Shown here: positions 1 to 10,477 of the stretch, in pieces
Position numbering within the stretch: position 1 is the first letter of the stretch
How the letters are laid out: each line of letters opens with the position of its first letter
Assembly: GCA_965213925.1 (NCBI GenBank)
Contig: OZ243927.1
Location: forward strand, 3,360,001 to 3,424,000
Length of the DNA stretch: 64,000 nt
Direction of reading: 5' to 3'
Origin: Trueperaceae bacterium
GTDB taxonomy: Bacteria; Deinococcota; Deinococci; Deinococcales; Trueperaceae
The notes under the pieces: model-generated
Database searches by the model: none
What the model saw: only the letters and a program-made list of their open reading frames with translations
What the model was told of the DNA's origin: nothing
Made by a program: the position numbers and the translations under genes

Positions 1-813
1 ACGACCTTTAACCAGACCGTCACGGCGACGGGGCGGTTATCCAGCGCCAACCCGAACCTGCAAAACATCCCCGTGCGCACCGAAATCGGGCGACAGATTC
101 GGCGCGGTTTCGTCGCCGCCGAGGGGGCTAAACTGCTGGTCGCGGACTACTCGCAGATCGAGCTGCGCATCTTAGCGCACATCACAGGCGAGGAGGCGCT
201 CATCGAGACGTTTCAGAAGGGCGAGGACATCCACCGCCGCACCGCCGCGCAGATTCATGAGGTCGCTTTAGAAGACGCCACACCCGACATGCGCCGCGTG
301 GCGAAGATCATCAACTTCGGCGTGTTGTACGGTATGTCGGCACACCGCCTCACGAACGAGTTGGGCATCAGCTACAAGGAGGCGGACGCCTTTATTACGA
401 CCTATTTCGAGCGTTACCCTAAGGTGCAAGGGTATATCGACGACACGCTCACCTTCGCCCGCAAAGAGGGTTACGTCGAGACGCTTCTGGGGCGGCGGCG
501 CATGATCCCCGACATCAACACGAAAAACCGCAACCTGCGCGAGTACGCCGAGCGCACCGCCTACAACATGCCGATCCAGGGAACGCAGGCGGACATCGTG
601 AAGCTAGCCATGCTCCAGCTGGCCCCCAAACTGCGCGAGCAGGGCGCGAAGCTGCTCCTCCAAGTTCACGACGAGTTGGTCATCGAAGCGCCCGAAGATC
701 GTGTTCAAGAGGTCGCGCAAGAGGTTCAAACGACGATGGAGGGCGCGTTCGAGATGCGCGTGCCGCTCGTCGCGGAGGTCGGGGTGGGCGAGAATTGGCT
801 CGAGGCGAAGTAG
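1..813 (+). CDS. polA: DNA polymerase I, C-terminal polymerase domain (starts before the window)
   Basis: Frame is open from base 1 (TATGRLSSANPNLQNIP). Contains motif A DYSQIELR, motif B RRVAKIINFGVLYG and motif C QVHDEL. Confidence 0.97.
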   Translation, partial: TTFNQTVTATGRLSSANPNLQNIPVRTEIGRQIRRGFVAAEGAKLLVADYSQIELRILAHITGEEALIETFQKGEDIHRRTAAQIHEVALEDATPDMRRVAKIINFGVLYGMSAHRLTNELGISYKEADAFITTYFERYPKVQGYIDDTLTFARKEGYVETLLGRRRMIPDINTKNRNLREYAERTAYNMPIQGTQADIVKLAMLQLAPKLREQGAKLLLQVHDELVIEAPEDRVQEVAQEVQTTMEGAFEMRVPLVAEVGVGENWLEAK

Positions 814-832
814 CCCCGAGCCTCCTGATTTC

Positions 833-3800
833 TCAGTTCACGCGGACTAGCTCGAGCTTATCCAAGCGCGTCCCGTCTTCACGCATGTAGATCGTGAGCG
901 TATGTTCACCCACGTCTAAGTCGAATGTAAAGGGGGAGCGGCCGCGCCGCGCGGCGTCTTGCGGCTCGAAGCTGCTGTTGCGCGGCGTGTCCCAGCGTTC
1001 ATTCTTGATATCACTATCCACGCCGAGGAAGAACGAATCGCTGCTCCTCGAGCCCTGCACCCAACCTCTTACCTTATAGCGCCCTGGTTCGGTCACATTT
1101 ACGCAGTACTCGGCACGGTTAGCGGGATTGATACCCTTCTGGTGACCGACGCCGTCCGGCGTGTCAATGTAGCGTCCGCCGCTCGCGGACGCGCCGTCCG
1201 CGACGCGGAACGCGCCAAAAAGCTCGCCCGCTTCCGCTTCCTGGGTTAAAGGCCCGCAGGTGCTCGCCGTATTGACCCTTTCTAAGGCGACCTTGTCGAG
1301 TTTCGTGCCGTCCTCGCGCATGTAGACCGAGACGGTGTGTTCACCCGCGTCCAGGTCGAAGGTGTAGGCGGGCTGTCTGCGCCGCGCGGCGATCTGGGGT
1401 TCGAAGCTCCGGTTGCGCGGCGTATCCCAACGTCCGCCGCCCGCGCCGTCCACCGCGACGAAGAACGAATCGCTGCCGCTCGAGCCCTGGACCCAGCCCT
1501 TCAGGGTGTACTGACCTGGCTCGGTGACGGTCATGCAGTAGTCGGCACGGTGAGCGCGGTTAGGCGTTCCCTTCTGATGTCCGAAACCGTCCGGCGTGTC
1601 GATGTAACGTCCGCCGCTCGCCGAGGCGCGGTTCGCGGCGCGGAACGCGCCGAAAAGCTCGCCCGCTTCCGCCTCTTGGGTGAGGGACCCGCACGCTGGC
1701 TTAGACGGTGCGTAGGTTGCGACGAGAGTTCGCGGCTCGCTCTGAACCGTGATGTCGTGGATGCGCTCGCCGCTGTCGGACCAGCTCACGAAGTCCAGCC
1801 CCTCCTGCTCCTTTAAGGCGCTCAGTTGCTGGCGGGCGTTCACGTTCGTCGTGACGGTAAAGGGCGTTGTGCGCTCCACCCCTTCCCAGCTCAGCGTCAG
1901 ACCGCTCGGCTCAGTGTCGAGCGTGTATTCCACCGTGTTCAAGGTGAGCGTCACGCAGCTCGGGTCGCTCTTGTTGCCGTTTTGCATGACGCGCAAGCAA
2001 AGCTCTAGCGAGGTGTTGTCGCCGTGGTCGGGCACCGTGAACGCGCCGTCTTCGCCCATCGTGGGAGGCAACTCGTCGAAGTGTTGGTGCTCGTTATGGT
2101 TGAGCTTCAAAGACCAGGAGAAGTCCTCACCGCGCAGCGTCTCGCCCTGGTCCGACGCGAGGAAAGGAACCTGGTTGCCGACGGTGAAGGTCGCGCCGTC
2201 TTGGGGCGAGAGGATGACCGCGACGGGCTGGGTCGTACCCGCTTCGACAAGGACGGTGTCCGTGTTGCTCGCGCCCGCTGTGTCCGTCACCGTCAAGCGG
2301 GCGCGGTAGAGGCTGACCTCTTCATAGGTGTGGGTCGGGTTCGCTTCAGTCGAGGTGTTGCCGTCGCCGAAGTCCCACGAATAGCTGAGCGTGTCGCCGT
2401 CGTCATCTGTGCTGTCACCGCCCGTAAAGCGCACCGTTAAGGGAACGGAGCCTGACGCGCCCGACGCGCTCGCTTGCGCCACAGGCGGCGTGTTGCCCGC
2501 CGCTGTATAGCGCAGCCGCTTGAGCTTACCCTCTCGAATATTCATGAGGTAGAGGTCGCCCCCTGGACGCGCCACCATCTGCACCACGCCCTGCTCGGTG
2601 CCAAAGTTCACGTCCGTCACGCGACCGTCGGCCCCGAAGGTGAGCGTGCGAATCCAGCGCTGGTTGTAGTCGGTGATGAAGAGTGCGCCCCGGTACTCGT
2701 CCGGGTAGCGCGTGCCCGTGTAGAAGTCGCCGACTTGAACCGAGGCGCTCGTCCCGCTGCGCGTGTAGCTATAGAGCGGCGGCGTGACGCGCCCGTTTTC
2801 GTAGAAGTCTTGACAGAACTCCAGCGCTCTAAAGCCGCCTTGCTGCAAGCTCTCGCCGTTTCCGCCCTCGTAGCAGGGCCAGCCGAAATTTGCGCCCTCG
2901 CCCGTATTGACCTCTTCCCAGGTGCCCCGCCCTACGTCGCCGATGAAGGGCTCGCCCGTCGCGGGATGAACCGCGAAGCGGAAGGGGTTGCGTAGGCCCG
3001 AGCTGTAGACCTTCGAGCGGTTGCTGTCCGGGTCGCCGTCATAGAAGGGATTGTCTGGATAGCCTCGCCCCGTCGCCGGGTCTATGCGCATCACTTTGCC
3101 CGCGAGGCTGTCCAAACTGAGCGCGCGCGTCGTGTAGGGCTCGGTCTTCGTATAGTTCGCGCCGTCGCCGTTGCTGACGAAGAGCGAGCCGTCCGTGCCG
3201 AAGCGCACCGTGCCGATGGTGTGCGACTGCTCGTCGGCGGGCAAGCAGTCGCGGACGTACACGCCGTTCTCCTCACAGGAGGGGGGACCGTTGCGCTCCT
3301 CCGGATTGCCGATATTCGCGTACGTGCTGTTCGTTCCTAAAAGGACCCGCTCGCTGCCCGGCACCGCGACGTTATAGCCCTGCGCCTCGTCCGCGGTGAC
3401 GCGCACCAGGCGCGAAACCCGCGCGCCGTTGCCGTCGGGTCCGCCCGTCGCTGTGCCTGAGAGTTCCGGCGGGTCATAGGTGAAGAGCACGTAGACGTAA
3501 GGCTGCGCGGGAAAGTCGGGGTGCACCGCGAGCCCCAACATCCCCCGGTCGTGGCGGCTATTGACCTGCGCCGAGAGGTCGATAAAGGGGGCACCTTTCA
3601 GCGACCCGTTCTCAAACACACGTACAGCGCCGCCCTTCTCCCCGATAAAAATGCGCCCGTCGGACGCGAAGTCGAAGACGACACCTTGGTTGAGACCTGT
3701 GACCACATCCTCTAACACGAAGCCGCTCGGCACCGCCTGCGCGGTGAGGGCAGCGTCTCGGTCCACCGACCTGAGGGCGCGCACACGTATGGTGACGCGG

Positions 3801-4360
3801 CCCTCAGCTGCACTGCTCTTGAGCTGGAGGTGGTTGAGGGTAACCCTGTGGGTATCACTTTGGACGGTTTCTTCTGAAGCGCGTTCAGTGTCTAAGTAGA
3901 AATGCTCTGTACCATCGGCGAGGATAAGATAAACCTCGAGCATCTCCGGTGCGCCCGCACCGTCCACCTGTCCGGGCAGGTCGATGTGGAGGCGTTTACG
4001 CGCCGCAAAGGTGTCCGCCGAACCGTCGAGCGCCGCGTAGGGCAACGTGAGCGTGACGCTCGGCCCTATAGCTTCGACTGAGCCGGCATAGTCCGGGGGT
4101 GCGTCTGTCGGCGCGGGCTGCGGCGCGGCGCTCGAGGCGAGCGTTACGCGCGCTTCCTGGGAGAAAAACCCCTCCTCGAACGTAGCTTGCGCGCCGTTCT
4201 CTAAACGAACGCTCCCGGCGTCCGCCCCGAGCGTGGCGGTCACTTCGTCCTCTAAACGCGCCTCTCGAGTCTGCTGACAGGCAAAAAGCAAGAAGATTAG
4301 CCCGACGCTGCCAACCAATAAACCTAGCCTCCGCGTTTCTACCTTGCGCCATCTGTTCAT
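833..4360 (-). CDS. Putative lipoprotein: glucose/sorbosone (PQQ-type) dehydrogenase beta-propeller, PKD domain and two tandem carbohydrate-binding-like modules
   Basis: Lipobox-like LLFAC; GSDH motifs RGMLGLAVHPDF, SSGLRNPFRF, GDVGRGTWEEVN and NFGWPCYEG; PKD YSWDFGDG; C-terminal duplicated unit CGxLTQEAEAGELFGAF...REDGTxLDK. Confidence 0.8.
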   Translation of the reverse strand: MNRWRKVETRRLGLLVGSVGLIFLLFACQQTREARLEDEVTATLGADAGSVRLENGAQATFEEGFFSQEARVTLASSAAPQPAPTDAPPDYAGSVEAIGPSVTLTLPYAALDGSADTFAARKRLHIDLPGQVDGAGAPEMLEVYLILADGTEHFYLDTERASEETVQSDTHRVTLNHLQLKSSAAEGRVTIRVRALRSVDRDAALTAQAVPSGFVLEDVVTGLNQGVVFDFASDGRIFIGEKGGAVRVFENGSLKGAPFIDLSAQVNSRHDRGMLGLAVHPDFPAQPYVYVLFTYDPPELSGTATGGPDGNGARVSRLVRVTADEAQGYNVAVPGSERVLLGTNSTYANIGNPEERNGPPSCEENGVYVRDCLPADEQSHTIGTVRFGTDGSLFVSNGDGANYTKTEPYTTRALSLDSLAGKVMRIDPATGRGYPDNPFYDGDPDSNRSKVYSSGLRNPFRFAVHPATGEPFIGDVGRGTWEEVNTGEGANFGWPCYEGGNGESLQQGGFRALEFCQDFYENGRVTPPLYSYTRSGTSASVQVGDFYTGTRYPDEYRGALFITDYNQRWIRTLTFGADGRVTDVNFGTEQGVVQMVARPGGDLYLMNIREGKLKRLRYTAAGNTPPVAQASASGASGSVPLTVRFTGGDSTDDDGDTLSYSWDFGDGNTSTEANPTHTYEEVSLYRARLTVTDTAGASNTDTVLVEAGTTQPVAVILSPQDGATFTVGNQVPFLASDQGETLRGEDFSWSLKLNHNEHQHFDELPPTMGEDGAFTVPDHGDNTSLELCLRVMQNGNKSDPSCVTLTLNTVEYTLDTEPSGLTLSWEGVERTTPFTVTTNVNARQQLSALKEQEGLDFVSWSDSGERIHDITVQSEPRTLVATYAPSKPACGSLTQEAEAGELFGAFRAANRASASGGRYIDTPDGFGHQKGTPNRAHRADYCMTVTEPGQYTLKGWVQGSSGSDSFFVAVDGAGGGRWDTPRNRSFEPQIAARRRQPAYTFDLDAGEHTVSVYMREDGTKLDKVALERVNTASTCGPLTQEAEAGELFGAFRVADGASASGGRYIDTPDGVGHQKGINPANRAEYCVNVTEPGRYKVRGWVQGSRSSDSFFLGVDSDIKNERWDTPRNSSFEPQDAARRGRSPFTFDLDVGEHTLTIYMREDGTRLDKLELVRVN

Positions 4361-4775
4361 AAGTATCCCCTAAAGAGCAATCTGGTCCATATCGGCGTCA
4401 CGGCAAAGGAAGTAGAAAAGAAATAGACCCTCTAAGTGTTAAGTTTTTAACACTGCGTTAAGTTTCTCACACTATACCGAGCACACACAATACATAAAGT
4501 ATTAATTAAGCTCTCATTTTTTGAGTTTGTCAGGGTGGGTGGTCTCGCTAAGGTGCGTCTCCGAACGCGAGGTCATACGGACTGGTTCTAAACCGGAGCT
4601 TTTCTAACCATCTTTACACCTTGGCGGGTCATAATCTTTAGAGACTTATGAGTACCCACCACGAACCACTCCACATCATGAACGCCCCTATAGAGATGGC
4701 TATACATCACCTACCCCCTCCACATGCGTACAATCGCACGTCGCCTGTGGGCTTTCTCACGCTAGAATAGTCCCG

Positions 4776-6107
4776 ATGACGACACGACACTATTTCGGAA
4801 CCGACGGCATCCGTGGGGTCGCGGGCGAGGACCCGCTCACCGCCGCTTTCGCCTTTCAAGTCGGCGTAGCCGCCGCCGAAGCCCTCAGAGACGCGGGCAA
4901 ACATGCGCCCACCGTTCTTATCGGCACGGACACGCGCCGCTCCGGCCCGATGCTCGCTAACGCGCTTTCAGCCGGGCTCGCCTCGAGGGGCGCTGAAGCG
5001 GTGGGCTTAGGCGTGATGCCGACCCCCGGCGTTTCGCATCTCGCCCGCGTCTTGGGCGCGGACGCGGGCGTCGTGATAAGCGCGTCGCACAACCCGTTCG
5101 CGGATAACGGCATCAAGTTTTTCGACCACAAAGGGGAAAAGCTCTCGGACAAGATCGAGGCGGAGATCGAGCGTTACTTAGACAAAATTGACGCGCTAGA
5201 GCCCGTCACGGGCGAGAGCGTTGGCACGGTCCGGCGGCATAACCGCGCAGAAAACAGCGACTACTTCGACTTTCTAGTCGCCAACGGTCCTGACCTCAGC
5301 GGCCGCACCATCGGCTTAGACTGCGCTAACGGCGCGAGCTACAGGCTCGCGCCCGAGGTCTTCCGGGCGCTCGGCGCAGACGTCAAGGTCATCTGCGACG
5401 ACCCCGACGGCATAAACATCAACACAAACTGCGGCTCGACGCACCCGGGCGTGATTCAATCCTACGTGGTAGAAAATAGTCTCGACTTAGGCGTGACCTT
5501 CGACGGCGACGCCGACCGAGTTCTGCTCGTGGACCGCCAGGGTCGGCTCGTGTCGGGCGACCACATGTTGGCGATCTGCGCCCTGCACCGGGGCGAACAA
5601 GCGGTCGTCTCGACGGTGATGGGCAACCTGGGTTTAGAGCATTACTTGGGCAAGCACGGCGTCACGCTGCTGCGCTCCGCCGTAGGCGACCGCTACGTCC
5701 ACGAACTGCTCAACCGCGAGGACCTCACTTTGGGCGGCGAACAGTCAGGACATCTGCTCTTCTTGGATAAAGCGCCTACGGGCGACGGCATCTTTAGCGC
5801 GTTGCAGACCTTGGCGGCTGCGCAGGCGCTAGGCAAACCTTTAGATGCCTGGGTGGACGAGATCGTCATGTACCCGCAAACGCTCCTCAACGTGCGCGTG
5901 GAGCCGGCGCTTAAAGCGAGCGTGGCGGAGCACGAAGAGGTGCGCCAAGCGGTCGAGGCGGCGGCGCTGCGGCTCGAGGGGCAGGGCCGCATCAACCTGC
6001 GCCCGAGCGGGACGGAACCCCTGGTACGCGTAATGGTCGAAGGGCAGGACGAAGCGCTCATCGAAGCCGTCGCCAACGACGTCGCCTCGGTCGTCAAAGC
6101 AATCTAA
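4776..6107 (+). CDS. glmM: Phosphoglucosamine mutase
   Basis: YFGTDGIRG, phosphoserine loop SASHNP, metal loop DGDADR, GGEQSGH and RPSGTEP. Confidence 0.95.
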   Translation: MTTRHYFGTDGIRGVAGEDPLTAAFAFQVGVAAAEALRDAGKHAPTVLIGTDTRRSGPMLANALSAGLASRGAEAVGLGVMPTPGVSHLARVLGADAGVVISASHNPFADNGIKFFDHKGEKLSDKIEAEIERYLDKIDALEPVTGESVGTVRRHNRAENSDYFDFLVANGPDLSGRTIGLDCANGASYRLAPEVFRALGADVKVICDDPDGININTNCGSTHPGVIQSYVVENSLDLGVTFDGDADRVLLVDRQGRLVSGDHMLAICALHRGEQAVVSTVMGNLGLEHYLGKHGVTLLRSAVGDRYVHELLNREDLTLGGEQSGHLLFLDKAPTGDGIFSALQTLAAAQALGKPLDAWVDEIVMYPQTLLNVRVEPALKASVAEHEEVRQAVEAAALRLEGQGRINLRPSGTEPLVRVMVEGQDEALIEAVANDVASVVKAI

Positions 6108-6111
6108 GCCT

Positions 6112-7746
6112 TCAAGATTCGAAAAGTTCGGTGAACGCGAAGCGCGTTCCGTCGAAGAGCCCCCGGTCGCTGAGCTTGAGGTCGGGGATGACCAGCAGCG
6201 CCATAAACGAGAGGGTCATGTAAGGCGCGTGGAGCGCCGAGCCCAGCGCCTTCGCACGCTCACTCAGCTCGCTGTAGTGCGCCGCCACCTCGAACCCGTC
6301 CCGGTCGCTCATCAGACCTGCGATGGGGAGCGCCAGACACACCTTTTCGTCTCCGTCCACCAGCGAGAGACCGCCGCGCCCCTCGAGCACGAGGTTGACC
6401 GCCGCGCAGAGCGCGTCGTCCGAGGTGCCTACAGCGATGACGTTATGCGAGTCGTGCGCCACCGACGAGGCGATCGCGCCGCGTTTCAAACCGAAACCCT
6501 TGACAAAGGCGGCAGCGCAGGGCGCGTCTTCGTAGCGGTTCACGACACTCAGCTTGAGCACGTCGTTCTCTACATCTGGAAGGACCTCGCCCGCCTCGAC
6601 GCGCGCGCGGACGACCTCTCGTTTCGTGACCAGTTGCCCGTCCGACGCGGCGATGACGTTGAGGCGTCCCGGCTGAGCAGCGACGCGAAAGTCCGCGGGC
6701 GTCTTGAGCGCCGCCGCAAAGCGGTTGGGCGTGGCGACGCGCCGACTAGGAAGGTGCGTTGCGCCCCTTTCAGCCACCCGCTGACCTCGTAGATAGGTCG
6801 CTAAAACATCTATAGTCTCGAGGTCATCCACCACGATAAAATCCGCCGCGTCACCTTCGCGCAACAAGCCGATATCCAGCGCGTAGTGCTCGGTGGGCGT
6901 GACGCAAGCGGCGCGTAGCAGCGTCATGAGGTCTAGCCCTTTAGCTAGCCCCCGCTTCACGATGAGGTTGATATGTCCCGCTTCTAAGTCGTCGGGGTGG
7001 AGGTCGTCGGTGCAAAGCATGAGTTTGCCGGGGTAGTCGCGTAGCAGCGGCCAGAGCGACTCGAAGTTCTTCGCCGCCGAGCCCTCGCGGATCGCGAGTT
7101 TAAGCCCCGCCGCCAGCTTCTCCTCTCCCTCCTCGAGGCGCACGCTCTCGTGGTCGGTGGTGATGCCCGCTCTGGCGTAGCGCGCGAGCGGCTCGCCGCG
7201 CAGCCCCGGCGCGTGACCGTCGACGGGTTTGCCGAGCGACGTCGCCGCCGCCATCTTCGCTAGGAGCGCCTCGTCGCCCGCTAACACGCCAGGCACGTTC
7301 ATGACCTCGCTCAAGTAGCCGATTCTAGGGTCTCGCAGCAGCGCGCGCACCTCCTCCAAGCCGAGGCTCGAGCCCGCCGTTTCAAAGCTCGTCGCGGGCA
7401 CGCAAGGCGGCGCACCGAAGCACATCGTTAGGGGGCTCGCGTCCGCGTCGTCCAGCATGAAGCGCACGCCTTTGGCACCCAACACGTTGCCGATCTCGTG
7501 CGGGTCGCTCACTGTGGCGACCGTGCCGTGGCGCACCGCGAGCCGTGCGAACTCGCTCGGGGGCAACATCGAACTTTCGATGTGGACGTGGGCGTCTACG
7601 AAACCGGGCATGAGGTAGTGCTCGAAAGGTCCGTCCTCGCGCGTGATGCGGGTGATGACGCCGCCGGACAGCTCGAGCCGCGCCGGGTAGACCTCCTGGG
7701 CGTGAACGTCAACGAGGTTGCCGGTGAGAAAAGTAGGGCGTTCCAT
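6112..7746 (-). CDS. ade: Adenine deaminase (AdeC type)
   Basis: DAHVHIESS, DPHEIGNV, DGHAPG, TDHE, IREGSAAKN, TDDLHP and SSVAHDSHN motifs. Confidence 0.93.
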   Translation of the reverse strand: MERPTFLTGNLVDVHAQEVYPARLELSGGVITRITREDGPFEHYLMPGFVDAHVHIESSMLPPSEFARLAVRHGTVATVSDPHEIGNVLGAKGVRFMLDDADASPLTMCFGAPPCVPATSFETAGSSLGLEEVRALLRDPRIGYLSEVMNVPGVLAGDEALLAKMAAATSLGKPVDGHAPGLRGEPLARYARAGITTDHESVRLEEGEEKLAAGLKLAIREGSAAKNFESLWPLLRDYPGKLMLCTDDLHPDDLEAGHINLIVKRGLAKGLDLMTLLRAACVTPTEHYALDIGLLREGDAADFIVVDDLETIDVLATYLRGQRVAERGATHLPSRRVATPNRFAAALKTPADFRVAAQPGRLNVIAASDGQLVTKREVVRARVEAGEVLPDVENDVLKLSVVNRYEDAPCAAAFVKGFGLKRGAIASSVAHDSHNVIAVGTSDDALCAAVNLVLEGRGGLSLVDGDEKVCLALPIAGLMSDRDGFEVAAHYSELSERAKALGSALHAPYMTLSFMALLVIPDLKLSDRGLFDGTRFAFTELFES

Positions 7747-7885
7747 CCGTTAGTATAGAGGTTTTGATGAAGGTGTTCCGTTTTGTGTGTACGCGGATGC
7801 TAGACAACCTCCCTTACGAGCTTCGCGCAACTCTATACACAAAACGTGGTACACCGCCCTTTGATAGGGGTTCGAGGTGGGAGCG

Positions 7886-8074
7886 CTAAGCCAAACATTC
7901 TAAAATGCTTTGGTAGTTCCTTCTCGCACTTTCCGTGTGAGCGTGGTTGTCGCCCAAGCTCGTGCTAAAAACTTCGACTGCCTGCCGACAAAGCGGCTCC
8001 GCCTCCTCGCAACGCCCCATATCTTTAAGCAAATTGGCGAGGTTGTCCAGATGTCTACCGTGCCCTGGACGCAC
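7886..8074 (-). pseudogene. Remnant of a tetratricopeptide-repeat (TPR_10/12-like) gene
   Basis: LDNLANLLKDMGRCEEAEPLCRQAVEV...LGDNHAHT is one TPR unit; no intact upstream frame. Confidence 0.6.
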
Positions 8075-8398
8075 CTCGCCAAACGTCTGCTTGTCAATCT
8101 CTATAACTTTTCGGTAAAGCGGTTCAGCTTCCCTATATCGCTCTGTGTCATGAAAAATTATACGGACTCCGTTATCACCGGAATCCGTACCTGTTTCTAC
8201 TCGCTCAGGAGTCTTCAGCCGAAGGTATCATCTTCACATTTGCGCGCGTTGTCGTTGAGCTTGCCAGCAGCGGCTGAAGGCTCTTCCTCGGGACTAAACA
8301 CGCGATAAAGTCGCATGTTTAACCGGAAAGGGTATCATTTTTCGCTTAACGCTGTGCTAAGCGTAGCATTTATTTGGGCGTCCATGATAAGAAGAGCC

Positions 8399-9589
8399 TC
8401 AAGCTGGTGGCGCGTAGGTGTGCCCTCGTGCCCCGCAGTAGGCCGAACTCGGGCGAATCAGCTCATCCTCGTCTATCTGCTCTAGGATATGCGCGGTCCA
8501 TCCGCCGGCGCGTGCGAGCGCGAAGACAGAGGAGAAAAGCGGGGCGCTTAGACCTACGCCGTGCAGTACGAGCGCCGTGTAAAACTCCACGTTGGTTTGC
8601 AAACTGCGACCCGGTTTATGTGCGTTGAGTAGTCGCAGCGCGGCCGCTTCGACCGCTTTCGCGTCGTCGTAAAGCTGGGTATCTTTCTCCGTGAAGAGCG
8701 CGTTTGCCGCTTTGCCAAGCACGTCGGCGCGGGGATCGCGCACGCGGTAGACCCGGTGCCCGAAGCCCATGATGCGCTCTCCTTGCGCCAGCCTCTCCCG
8801 CACCCAGGCTTCAGCCTCTTCCGCGACGCTCCGCCCCAACGCCTCGGCGCGCCGCCTAATCTCGAAAACCATGTCCATCGCGGGTCCGGGCGCGCCGCCA
8901 TGCAAAGGACCTTTAAGCGCGCCGACCGCGCCCACGACCGCTGAGACCATATCCGAACGGGTGCTGGCGATGACCCGCGCGGTAAAGGTCGAGTTGTTCA
9001 CGCCGTGGTCGATAACCGTGTTGAAGTACGTTTCCAGGGCTCGAGCCGCCTCCGGATGGGGTTCCTCACCGTGCAGCGTCGCGAGGAAGTTCGCGGCGTG
9101 GCTCAGGGTTGCTTGCGGCGGGACGGGCTCGAGGCCCTGCAGCAAGCGCCAATACGCAGCGAGTACGTTAGGCAGCGCGGCGACTAAGTGCATGGCGCGG
9201 CGCAAGTTGGCGGGTCTTGAGAGGTCGTTCGGTTCCTCGTCTGCGAGGCTCAGCGTATCCACGCCGACGCGTAGCGCGTCCATCGGCGGTAGCTTGTGCT
9301 TAGCAGCGTGCCGCAGCACGGTGAGGGTCACCTCGGGAAGCGCGCGCCGCGCCACCAGCTCGCGTCTCAGCTCCGAAAGTTCCTCCTGGTTAGGCAAGCG
9401 GTCGTGCCAGAGCAGGTGAAGAACCTCCTCAAAGCTCGCCTTTGGCGCAAGCTCCTCAACCGCGAAGCCGCCGATGACGAGCTTTCCCGCCTGACCATCG
9501 ACCGCGCTGAGCCGTGTTTCGGTGAAGATGACGCCTCGAAGACCGCGCGCAATCTCTTGCTCACTCGCGCTTTTATCCGTATGGGTCAT
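8399..9589 (-). CDS. Citrate synthase family protein (citrate/2-methylcitrate synthase)
   Basis: GLRGV N-terminus, DHG, GPLHGGA, IMGFGHRVY, DPRA and NVEFY. Confidence 0.9.
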   Translation of the reverse strand: MTHTDKSASEQEIARGLRGVIFTETRLSAVDGQAGKLVIGGFAVEELAPKASFEEVLHLLWHDRLPNQEELSELRRELVARRALPEVTLTVLRHAAKHKLPPMDALRVGVDTLSLADEEPNDLSRPANLRRAMHLVAALPNVLAAYWRLLQGLEPVPPQATLSHAANFLATLHGEEPHPEAARALETYFNTVIDHGVNNSTFTARVIASTRSDMVSAVVGAVGALKGPLHGGAPGPAMDMVFEIRRRAEALGRSVAEEAEAWVRERLAQGERIMGFGHRVYRVRDPRADVLGKAANALFTEKDTQLYDDAKAVEAAALRLLNAHKPGRSLQTNVEFYTALVLHGVGLSAPLFSSVFALARAGGWTAHILEQIDEDELIRPSSAYCGARGHTYAPPA

Positions 9590-9597
9590 GTCGCTCC

Positions 9598-10227
9598 TTA
9601 ATCCGCACCAGCGGGGAAGTCGTAGGTGTTAGGCCATACCGGGGTATTGGGCGGGCGTCGGACGGTCGCCGCGCTTTGTAAGGACTCGAGCAGCGCAGGC
9701 GCGACGAGCGTCGCGGCGTAAGCTTGGCTCCGGTAAGAGGTCGGCGTAACGGGCACAAACGTCAGCGTCTCGCCAAAAAGCGCCTCGGCTCTCCTCGCGA
9801 GCGAAAGCGCTTGCGCCGCGTCACCCGCGAGCACTGCGATGTGCGGCGCTGTCGGCGCGACCTCTCTATTCGCGACGTGCGCGCCGATGAGCTGAAGCGT
9901 GTCGTCCGCTGTCAAACCTAGGTCGTATACGCGCTCGGCTACCTCCGCACTGAGGTGAGCGGCGAGCATCTCTTGCGCGCTCACGGGTGGCTCGGCGGCG
10001 ACCCTCGTCCCCGCCCGCCGCCGCTGCACGAGATAGCCCTGCGCTTCCAACGCTCGGTAGGCAGCCGCAACCGTGTTGTAGTTCGTATCCGTCGCTGCTG
10101 CCAAGGCGTGAACAGTCGGCAGAAGTTCACCGGGCGTAAGCGTACCCGTAATGATGAGAAGGCGAATTTGGGCTTGAAGTTGGTTGCCTAAAGGAACCGG
10201 GCTGCGCTTATCGAGGTTGATATCCAT
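9598..10227 (-). CDS. GntR-family transcriptional regulator, probably co-transcribed with the citrate synthase
   Basis: wHTH SPVPLGNQL...LPTVHALA...NTVAAAYRALEAQGY; 8 bp from the citrate synthase start. Confidence 0.85.
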   Translation of the reverse strand: MDINLDKRSPVPLGNQLQAQIRLLIITGTLTPGELLPTVHALAAATDTNYNTVAAAYRALEAQGYLVQRRRAGTRVAAEPPVSAQEMLAAHLSAEVAERVYDLGLTADDTLQLIGAHVANREVAPTAPHIAVLAGDAAQALSLARRAEALFGETLTFVPVTPTSYRSQAYAATLVAPALLESLQSAATVRRPPNTPVWPNTYDFPAGAD

Positions 10228-10230
10228 GAG

Positions 10231-10260
10231 TGATTTTAACTAAACAATTAGTTAAAATCA
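10231..10260. promoter_or_regulatory. Perfect 13-4-13 palindrome, probable GntR autoregulatory operator overlapping a leaderless -10
   Basis: TGATTTTAACTAA-ACAA-TTAGTTAAAATCA; on the minus strand TAAAAT lies 5 nt before the GntR ATG. Confidence 0.7.
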
Positions 10261-10431
10261 ATAGGCATCTTTTTAGTTTGCAGAATACTGAACTTTAGAG
10301 AAGAAGTTTTTCCTAGAATGGCGTTTCTCTTATAAATAGTTCTTTATTTCAAAAAGTGAAATATGCCTTGCTCTGTAGGTTCTGGCTCGAGTCAAAAATA
10401 CTACAACGTTGCAAAAAACGCTAATGAGTGC

Positions 10432-10461
10432 TTGACATGGACTCAGGTACTCCGTTATAGT
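10432..10461 (+). promoter_or_regulatory. Sigma70 promoter of tRNA-Ala
   Basis: TTGACA (10432-37), 18-bp spacer, TATAGT (10456-61), 16 bp upstream of the tRNA. Confidence 0.7.
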
Positions 10462-10477
10462 TCTCTTTGCATTTCGC

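Noticed and set aside
7779..7848. TTTTGTGT...ACACAAAA inverted repeat with partial likeness to the dyad site
   Set aside because: Geometry does not match the 14-6-14 pattern; too weak to call.
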